Translations under genes and position numbers: made by a program
Shown here: positions 24,225-33,200 of the stretch, piece after piece
How positions within the stretch are numbered: position 1 is the first letter of the stretch
Layout of the letters: each line of letters begins with the position of its first letter
Assembly: GCA_043228905.1 (NCBI GenBank)
Contig: JBHGNT010000018.1
Span: 13,206,001 to 13,270,000 of the forward strand
Source: Azolla caroliniana
Lineage: Eukaryota > Plantae > Polypodiophyta
DNA length: 64,000 bases
Direction: 5' to 3'
The notes under the pieces: generated by a model
What the model saw: the letters and a program-made list of their open reading frames with translations, nothing else
Told to the model about the DNA's origin: nothing
Databases searched by the model: none

Positions 24225-26390
24225 CTAAATATTGAGACATGCTTGAGCATCTCCCTGTCTCAGAAGCACACAATTGACAATCTGCTCTGCACAATTCAAG
24301 TTTCCTGTGTTCCTACAAGAACTTAAAATTGAATTCCAAACTGGATGATTAGGATATAATGGCATCTTCTCAATGATTGTTGATGCCTTGTCAAATTGTC
24401 CTGAATGACCAAGAAGATTAACCATCCAGGTCTGATGTTCGATACACGGAATAATGCCATATTCCTTGTTCATGGCCTCGAAGAATGTCTCACTCTGACT
24501 GAACAAACCCAGACGACTGCATGCATTGAAGACAACAATAAAGGTCACTGGATCAGGCTTTATTCCGTCACCTAGCATTCTGTCAAAAACAGTTAAAAGA
24601 TCTTCACATTCTCCAATCTGGGAATATCCTGAAATTAGTGAATTCCATAATGCAACATCTCGAACTGGAAGATTGCTGAACACAGACTTTGCCATGCCCA
24701 GATAACCACATTTGACATACATGTCGACCAACGTGCTGGCCATGACTATATCACCTTCTAAAAAACCCTTCCTTGCAATTTCATTATGGATCTCAAGGCC
24801 TTTTCTTATTGTTCCCATAATGGCACAAGCTTTCAAGCCGCAAATATATGTAAGATGATCTGGCAGAACACCTTGATCTTGCATTACTTCAAAATACTTC
24901 ATTGTTTCCTCTCCATGCCCCTTATCTGCATATCCAGCAATCAAAACATTCCACGAGACTACATCTCTCAATTGAAGCTTATCAAACACCTCTTGTGCTT
25001 TACTCATCACACCACATTTGGCATACATATCAACCAAGGTATTGCCAACAGTCAGATCTTTACCCAATAACCCTATCCTTTCAACCTCGGCATGTATTTT
25101 TTCACCTTTGTCTTTGTCTCTTAAACTGCTACAAGCCTTCAAACATGACACGAATGTGACAGAATTTGGGGAGATACCATTATGCTGCATGTGTTCAAAA
25201 TACTTGAGTGCTTCTTCACCGTGGCCATGGTCAGCACATCCTGTGATAATTGTGGTCCATAAAACAGCATCTCGTACAGGAAGGTTGTCAAACAATTCCT
25301 TTGCTTCCTCCAGAAACCCGCATTTCACATACATGTCAACTAAGGAACTCTGAAGAAAAAGGTTTCCTTGAAAAGGTTCAATTCCAGCGTGTATCTCTCT
25401 GCCCTTGATTACAGCCCCTATGCTGCCACATGCCTTCAAACCATAAAGAAATATGATGCTATCTTGTGAGATACCCTCAAGTTTCATCTGTTCAAAACAT
25501 TTGAGTGCTTTTTCACTATAGCCATGTTCAGAATATCCTGCAATTATTGCAGTCCATGAGACAATATCACGAGCACCAGGAAGCTCATCAAAGACTTGTT
25601 CAGCTATGGAAAACAGGGCACATTTGGCATACATATCAACTAAGGTACTTCCAATGATATATTCTACCAATAATCCCTTTCTCACCACTTCAGCATGTAT
25701 TTCTTGGCCCTTATCAACTTTTCCAAGATTTCCACAAGCCTTCAGACTCCAAACAAATGTGAAAGAGTCTGGAAGGGGGCCCACTACTTGCATTTCTTCA
25801 TAATAATCAAGTGCCTTTCCAGGCATTCCTTGTTCTACATATCCTGCAATCAAAGTGTTCCATGTGAACCTGTTCCGTACGGGAATTTTGCTAAACACAT
25901 CATGTGCTTTTGCAAGTGCCCCCCATTTCACATACATCTCCACCAAAGCACTGCCAACAAGATGGTTGTGTTGGAGAAAACCCATTCTTGCCATTTCTGC
26001 ATGTATTTCCTGGCCTTCATTCATGGGTCCAGAGTCACCACAAGCTTTCACGCAGCATACAAATGTAACAGCGTTAGGAGAGACACCTTTGAGACACATC
26101 TGTCTCAAACACCCAAGGGCTTCTTTTGCTTGCATATGCTCAACATAACCTGCAATGAGTGCTGTCCATGCAACAACGTTGGGAGCCCGAATCTTTGTAA
26201 ACACTTCATGAGCCCTAGAAAGCAAGCCACACTTGGCATACATATCAATCAAGGCGCTACTAATGAAAAGATTGGTTTCCAGAAGCCCAATTCGGGCAAC
26301 CTCTTCATGTATTTCACCACCTCTTTTTGCATCCTTCAGCTTGGCACAATCTTTCAGAGAAGCTACGAAAGCATAGCCAGGGCGAGACAT
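24225..26390 (-). CDS. PLS-class pentatricopeptide repeat protein (putative organellar RNA-editing specificity factor), 721 aa, ending in a short E-like motif, no DYW
   Basis: Uninterrupted ORF with six P-type motifs (VVAWTALI, RFTWNTLI, IVSWTAII, AVLWTTII, VVSWNVLI, VALWNSLI) alternating with L (TFVCCVKAC) and S (LVDMYAKCG) motifs. Ends with L2/S2 and VWNSILSSCR. Confidence 0.95.
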   Translation of the reverse strand: MSRPGYAFVASLKDCAKLKDAKRGGEIHEEVARIGLLETNLFISSALIDMYAKCGLLSRAHEVFTKIRAPNVVAWTALIAGYVEHMQAKEALGCLRQMCLKGVSPNAVTFVCCVKACGDSGPMNEGQEIHAEMARMGFLQHNHLVGSALVEMYVKWGALAKAHDVFSKIPVRNRFTWNTLIAGYVEQGMPGKALDYYEEMQVVGPLPDSFTFVWSLKACGNLGKVDKGQEIHAEVVRKGLLVEYIIGSTLVDMYAKCALFSIAEQVFDELPGARDIVSWTAIIAGYSEHGYSEKALKCFEQMKLEGISQDSIIFLYGLKACGSIGAVIKGREIHAGIEPFQGNLFLQSSLVDMYVKCGFLEEAKELFDNLPVRDAVLWTTIITGCADHGHGEEALKYFEHMQHNGISPNSVTFVSCLKACSSLRDKDKGEKIHAEVERIGLLGKDLTVGNTLVDMYAKCGVMSKAQEVFDKLQLRDVVSWNVLIAGYADKGHGEETMKYFEVMQDQGVLPDHLTYICGLKACAIMGTIRKGLEIHNEIARKGFLEGDIVMASTLVDMYVKCGYLGMAKSVFSNLPVRDVALWNSLISGYSQIGECEDLLTVFDRMLGDGIKPDPVTFIVVFNACSRLGLFSQSETFFEAMNKEYGIIPCIEHQTWMVNLLGHSGQFDKASTIIEKMPLYPNHPVWNSILSSCRNTGNLNCAEQIVNCVLLRQGDAQACLNI

Positions 26391-26719
26391 ATTGAGCTTG
26401 ACATCAACGCTGTGGAAACATCATCTATGCATCCTAAATGGATGACATGAGAGATTCATGCTTGGCGGTAATAGTGCTAAAAAAACTGAAAAAAACGTGC
26501 TTTTGGGTGGGAACGACTGATCCAATAGGATAATGAAGACTTTTCTTTTGTAAAAAAAACATCAAATTAAAGTAAGAAAAGAAAAACGGTCTTCTTCTAG
26601 TTTTTTTTATCTTATCGGCTTAACTTAATATGGCGCAAAAGGAGGGATTACAGATACATAGTCCATAACAACTTTCCGCCACAAAGGAAAAGGCCAATCA
26701 AGGAGGTTGGATTTCATGG

Positions 26720-26945
26720 CGTAAAAAACGCCCCTCAAATACAAGTTTCTTCTGTGCGGTGAATTGACCTTCTTCTTCTTCTTCTTCTTCTCTGTCTCTG
26801 TCTTTCATCGCGCCGCCTTTCTTCCACGCAGATATGGAATGCAGAAAACGCCGCTCAAAAACAAGTTCCTTCGGGCCGGTAAATTGACCTTCTTCTTCTT
26901 CTTCTTCTTCTTCTTCTTCTCTGTCTCTCTCCTTCATCGCGCCAA
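26720..26945. repeat. ~120-bp tandem duplication containing (CTT)n, upstream of the PPR gene
   Basis: aaaacgcc.ctcaaa.acaagtt...aattgacc(ttc)n tctgtctct..ttcatcgcgcc occurs twice with a period of about 120. Confidence 0.8.
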
Positions 26946-26982
26946 TCTTCTTCCATTCTTCTTACATAATAATATATATATA

Positions 26983-27258
26983 CATAGTATGAAGTTTGAA
27001 CCATACTTACCATACGCACATTCGCATTCGAGAATGATCAATCGTTCAAGTACATATAGTAAACACCCTCGAAGTATGGTAAATACCATACTTTTGTATT
27101 CATTATCTATTATAAGGTAATTTTTACCTTAACTTTTGTAAGAAAGTTATGGTAAAAAGTATAAAAAACATAAGAATGTTTGGAGAACATACGCATTCGT
27201 TTACATTCGTATGAAACAGAATATATTGCCAATGCATTCGAGTATATTACGTACTATG
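26983..27258. mobile_element. Short MITE of the same family as 1921-2665
   Basis: Termini catagtatg / cgtactatg. Shares accatac..accatacg, cattcgag, aaacaccctc and atggtaaataccatactttt with 1921-2030. No clean TSD. Confidence 0.7.
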
Positions 27259-27749
27259 TAGTAATATATATGTGCTTACTATTTATTCAAGTTTATTGAT
27301 ACATAGACCAATTTGTGTGGGACATACTGGACACGCCAAGGAGATGCTTAACCCTCATGTTTCTAAAGAAGTACTTTAGGAAACCGTTATCCATTTTAAA
27401 GTGGCACCTAATTTGCTCATGAAATCATGCTACAATTGCCCTATACTCTAATTATATTTGGATCTCTATGGTTCTTTTCCAAAGCTCATTCCTTGGTACA
27501 ATTTTGAATACTTTTTCTCGGAGTCTACAAAACAACAACAAAGTGTTTTCCATTGAAATCAAGCTTCTTCCATAATTCTTCTTCTTTTAAAAAAGAAAGA
27601 AAGAAAGATACACGTTAGTATATTACTTGAGAAATGTACATAGAGAAACCAAAAAGAGACATTTCATCTCACTTCTATTGTGATACAAAGGTTAGTACCA
27701 ACATCTGATCAAACTGATGATATTATATAAGAAACAAGTGGAGCAATAA

Positions 27750-28610
27750 CTATGAGCTATGCAACAAAAAAGGTGTGGCATAATTCCACCTCAGACCAGA
27801 AGTTGTATCTGAAAATAAGTGAAGCCCTTGCCATCGTTTCGTAAAGGCCACTTGACGTTGCCATAGAACATCCGTTGAACCTTGTAGATCATCATATTGA
27901 CCATGTAGTGTATGGACAATTATCAACCAAAATTCAATAAGCATGGTGCGGAGATGTATGTGAGCATTATTAAAAACATCATCACATCTTGCTTTCCATA
28001 TTATCCAAAGAGCCAATGATGTAATAGTACGCCAAATAACCATATTTTCAATTTTAAACTATCGAATAAAAGATGGAAATGAAGTGAGATAGAGGTGTCC
28101 ATGGGAAATTTGAAAGACATGAGAAGCATAACATCTCCATGAAGGATACCCCATAATATTGCACCCCACGAGAAAATAGAACGAGAATAATGTTGTCTCA
28201 GCAATAAAAACAACTTACTCCAAAATTGCTTGATCCTCGGACATAACCAAAACACATGCAAAATAGATTCCATGGATGCACCACAATGCATTCCACAAGC
28301 ATATTGCTGATTTTGCCTCAAACAATCACCAATAGGAAGAGCATAATGCATCAACAACCAACGAAAACAAATAACTTTTTTTCAGCAATTGCATACTCCA
28401 CAACCATTTCCAAAATTTTGTAAGTTGCAATGCATGAACATTATTTGCAGTCCAATGCTTCATGGTAGCAAGACATTTATACTTTGATTGCAACAACAAA
28501 TTTCTACCTAGCTTAATTGAATATTGGAAAACTCTAAATGTTTACCATTTCCACTAGCACTCAACTTTTTCCATTGATAATCAGCCAGATCCTAGTCCAA
28601 ATTGTAAAGA
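27750..28610 (-). pseudogene. LINE (L1-like) ORF2 C-terminal fragment (zf-RVT)
   Basis: CGMHCGASMESILHVFWLCPRIKQFW and LALWIIWKARCDDVFNN are typical plant LINE C-terminal motifs. Frameshifted and 5'-truncated. Confidence 0.8.
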
Positions 28611-28727
28611 GGTTGTGAAAGTAAACGTGCGGAAGCGTTCGACAAATCAACTCAGTCGGATAGCAACAGAAGATGAGAAGGAAAAAACTTAACACATACA
28701 CACACATAGAGTACGAGTACGCAGGAG

Positions 28728-28803
<76 letters not shown>

Positions 28804-30273
28804 ACATAAACTCTATTAAAAAATAACACTTTGTAACTTTGTGTACATAGAATGTGCTCAAAGAGCACTTTTATACAAGGGTACTTCAATGCGCATACGA
28901 GCGTCTGTCACTGACTCCCAAAAATATGCCTACGTATTAGGTTGGATCCGTAGGTCTCTAACGGCCTACCGGTTTCAATCCGATCCGGCTCCTAGTTCCG
29001 GATATCATCCGGACACCGATCTAGTTCTCCGTTCCGGATACCGATCCGCCGATCCAGATTTGGTTGAGCTTGCTCGCTCAACACTCCCCCTCAAGCTCAA
29101 CTTGAGTTCGGATCGTGGTGTCAGTTTCTATAGTAGCCGGTCCTTCCATCCGGCTCCTTCTAGCATTGTTCCGCCTTGCTCGTGCTCCTCGTCCGGTCCA
29201 GTTTTGCTTCCTGCGATCCTTCTGGTTCCACGCACCTCGACCTCCTCGGTCGGCTTTTCTGCTCAGTAGGCCCATCTCAGCTCCTTTGCTGCTATGACTT
29301 CGGCGCTTGTCGACCCATTGGTTCCTCCGTTTCGGTGTCGACTTCCGCTACCTTCTCGTCCGCTTGGCCTTTAGTTGATCCGGCTCTTCCGAATCCAACT
29401 GTTGAACCGAATTGGCTTCCTCCGATTCATTCCAGCTCTTGTCCGAGTTGGTAGTCTCCAACTCGTCTTCCGTTTTTAGGCCCTTCACCACATCGGACCA
29501 CGTTCAAGTCTTGGCCTTCTTCTGGTCGACTCTATCCTTCTTGACTCAGCTGCCATTGCCGCTTGCTCCGACTTGTTTGGATGAGCCAACTCCTTCGGTC
29601 GGCTCGGCTTTCTTTATCTGCCCATCTCTCCCCTTGGTTCTTCCTTCCTTTCTAGTTCCTTGTCCGGTGCCATCTGTTTCCGTTCTTGTTCTCCCCCTCA
29701 AGTGCGGCACATTGAGATGTTGAATGCCGAGCATGTCTGAAAAATGTTGCAACTTGTCCGATCCGAGTGGCTTGGTGAAGATGTCGGCAACCTACCGATC
29801 CGTGTGAACATACCGACGTTCAACTTCACCGCTCAGGATCCGCTCACGAACAAAGTGATAATGCATTTCTATGTGCTTTGTCCAAGCATGGAATACAGGG
29901 TTCTTGGCGAGTTGTATGTTGCTTACGTTGTCATAGTAGATCAGGATTGGGGTCGGCACCTCGATCCGGAGGTCACGCAACAGTCGCCGAAGCTAGATGG
30001 CTTCACAAGTGGCAATTGTAGCGCCCCGGTATTCAGCCTCAATGCTCGATAGAGCCACTGTTGGCTGCTTTTTGTTGCTCCACACAATAGCCGCGCTACC
30101 AAGAGAAAACATTTAACCGGATGTGGATCGGCGGTCCGATGCATCACTAGCCTAGTCAACATCTGTTTATCTGACTAGCTCTTCAGCTATATTGTGTCGG
30201 TATAAGAATCCTCGGTCCTGCTCACGTATCGTAACAGTCGATGCGCGCACTGAAGGTGCTCCATAGTTGGATT

Positions 30274-33200
30274 TGTTGGGATTTCGGTCCCTCCGGATGG
30301 GATGTCCGGAGATGAATGACGGCAAGCCCGGTTGCGGTTACGGAACCGGATGATGAAGACCCCGGTTACGGAACCGGATGATGAAGACCCCGGTTACGGA
30401 GCCGGATGATGAAGACCCCGGTTACGGAACCGGATGATGAAGACCCCGGTTACGGAACCGGATGATGAATGTACCCGGAGAGAGATCCGGATGCGGAGAC
30501 ATATTTGTGAATATGTTTGCCAAGAGCCCTTGAGGCTATATTTGTAAATAGCCCGAAAGTCATATGTGTATAAATATGACTTAGGGCAAACAGTTTTATG
30601 TCGTTGCTCATTTTTCATGAGAAGTGAGAGCAGCCGAGAGAGAGAGTGAGAGACGAAGAGGTCGTTGCCTCTGTGTAATACCGCCGCCTGTGGCGAGGAC
30701 AGCGAGCTCAAGGTTGTTGCCTTGTAGCCTCACCATTGTACATCTCTGTGTATAGTGATAGTTGGAGTTAGAGGACTCCCGTGGTTTTTTCCCATTTAGG
30801 GTTTTCCACGTAAACATCCTGTGTGCTCTTCTCTCTGTTGTTCTTCGTGCATTCTTGTATTTCCCGTTTTCTGCGAATCGATCCTGTTCCTCGGTTGTGG
30901 CCGAGCACGGAATTGCAACAAATTGGTATCAGAGCGACGGTAACACAGAAAATGGAAGGCGCCGGTAGTGGGCCTCCGGGCATGATGGTGCTGAATGCGC
31001 AGAATTACGCCGACTGGAAGATCAAGATGGAGGATCTTCTGATTGTTCGGGACCTGTACGAACCGATTGACAGGTCGGAAATACCGAAGGGGGTACTTGA
31101 GTCGGAGTGGAAGCTCCTGAACCGGAAAGCCGTAGCGACGATCCGACAATATGTCGATGTAAGCGTTCTACAGCATGTGGCGAACGACACCAACGCATAT
31201 GAGATGTGGCGGAAGCTGTCGGGCCTCTATGAGAGGAAGAATGCGTTGAACCGGACCTCCCTGATGAGGAAGATAGTGAACCTCAAGTACCGGGACGACG
31301 AGAGTATGGTGGAACACGTAAGCACGTTCATGGGATTCGTGAACCAGCTTGCGGCGATCAAGTTCCCGTTGGAGGATGCAATGCAAGCCATCATCCTGAT
31401 GTGTACATTGCCGGACAGCTGGGAGAACTTGGTGGTGACTCTCAGCACCTCCTGCACCGAAGATAACTTGTCTCTACAAACGGTAAAGACAAGTATTTTG
31501 AACGAAGAAGCGCGTCGGAGAGATAAAGAACCGGTCTCCGACTCGAAGGTGCTGCTTACCGAATCGGAACGGGGAAGACAGTGGAACCGGAGTCCGCAAA
31601 GACGGGAGAAGTTGGGGACCCGGTCGCAGTCAAGAGGAAGGCCAACATGCTTCCACTGTGGGAAGCCGGGGCACTTCCGGAAGAATTGTCGGCATTACCG
31701 AAAGGACAACGGAGCCGACGACACCGATTCGAAGAAGTCACCGGAGAGAAACGGTGCATACCGGGGAGCCACGGACCGGAGAGGTCCGGATCGGCGAGGG
31801 CAGGACCGGAAAGGAACAACGGCACTCGCGGCAAGTGAGGAAGAAATCATGCTCATCACCGAAGAATGTGAACTAAACGTAGCCGGCGATGAGACGACCT
31901 GGGTGGTCGATTCCGGAGCATCGTTCCACCTGACCCCGGAGAGAAGATACTTCTCATCCTACACAGCCGGTGAGCATGGCTGTGTTCGGATGGGGAATGA
32001 AGGTACGTGCCGGATTGCCGGCATAGGAGACGTGTGGTTGACAACCCCGACCGGATGCAAAATGCTGCTGAAGGATGTTCGACACGTTCCGGAGGTTCGA
32101 TTGAACCTGATTTCGGCCGGGAGGCTAGACGATGAAGGCTACACGGGTAGCATCCGGAACGGTGTCATGAAGTTCAGCAAAGGGAGCCTGATAGTGGCTC
32201 GGGCCCGGAAGGTCAACACCCTGTACCTGATGAATTCCCGGCTCTGTCCGGAGGAGCTGAACGTGGCAGCCGACACTGCCGGTGAGCTGTGGCACAAGAG
32301 ACTGTGCCACATGAGTGAGAAGGGGATGAAGAGGCTTGCAGAAGACAACCTTATTCCAGTGAAGCATGTGCACCTGGAGAAGTGCACCGACTGCCTGGCC
32401 GGTAAGCAAAACCGGACCTCCTTCCACTCAAGGCCACCGATGAGACGTAGCGCACCATTGGAGCTGGTGCACACTGATGTGTGTCAGGTAGAAACGAAGT
32501 CACATGGCGGAGCCCAGTACTTTGTGACATTCATTGATGACCACAGCCGGAAGCTGTGGACGGCACCGTTGAAGACAAAGGACCAAGTGTTGTCCGTCTT
32601 CAAAGAACTCCACGCGAGAGTGGAAAGGGAATCCGGCAAGAAGCTGAAAGCGATACGAGCGGATAACGGAGGGGAATACCGGGGGCAGTTCCAGGAGTAC
32701 TGTCGCTCGAAGGGAATCCGGCTCGAGTTTACTGTGCCGAAGACGCCGGAACTGAACGGGCTGGCCGAGAGGATGAACCGGACCATAATGGAGAGGGTCC
32801 GGAGTATGCTGGCGCATGCGAAATTACCCAAGGGGTTTTGGGCTGAGGCGATGTCGACGGCGACATACGTGATAAACAGATCACCCTCAGTACCTTTGGA
32901 CGGAGACACGCCGCAGAGAGTGTGGACCGGTAGGGAAGTATCCTACCGGCATCTGAAGGTGTTCGGGTGTCTCGCATACGTGCATGTGGCAAAGGACCGG
33001 AGAGGAAAGCTAGATCCAAAGACCCGGCCATGCATATTCCTCGGTTACGGTGACGACGAGTTCGGCTACCGAGTATGGGACCCGGTCGACAAGAAGATAT
33101 TCAGGAGTCGAGACATCATCTTCATGGAGGACAAGACACTCGCCGACTGGGAGTCGGAGAAGAAGATGAAGAGCTCAAAGTCGACCGGTGAGGATCAACT

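Noticed and set aside
25695-26450. 251-aa plus-strand ORF
   Set aside because: Antisense shadow of the PPR ORF with no recognisable domain.
26698-26937. Poly-Glu 79-aa ORF
   Set aside because: Product of a duplicated (CTT)n microsatellite; no coding evidence.
28732-28801. Long (GA)n and (CA)n tracts and their SLSL/CVCV ORFs
   Set aside because: Microsatellites embedded in LTRs; the ORFs are spurious.
30336-30470. 28-bp direct repeats resembling a CRISPR array
   Set aside because: The units are head-to-tail with no spacers, lie within a copia LTR and recur in the other LTR; the context is eukaryotic with no cas genes.
30823-30951. N-terminal extension of the 1401-aa ORF
   Set aside because: It starts at a non-ATG codon inside the LTR, upstream of the PBS; the real start is most likely the ATG at 30952.
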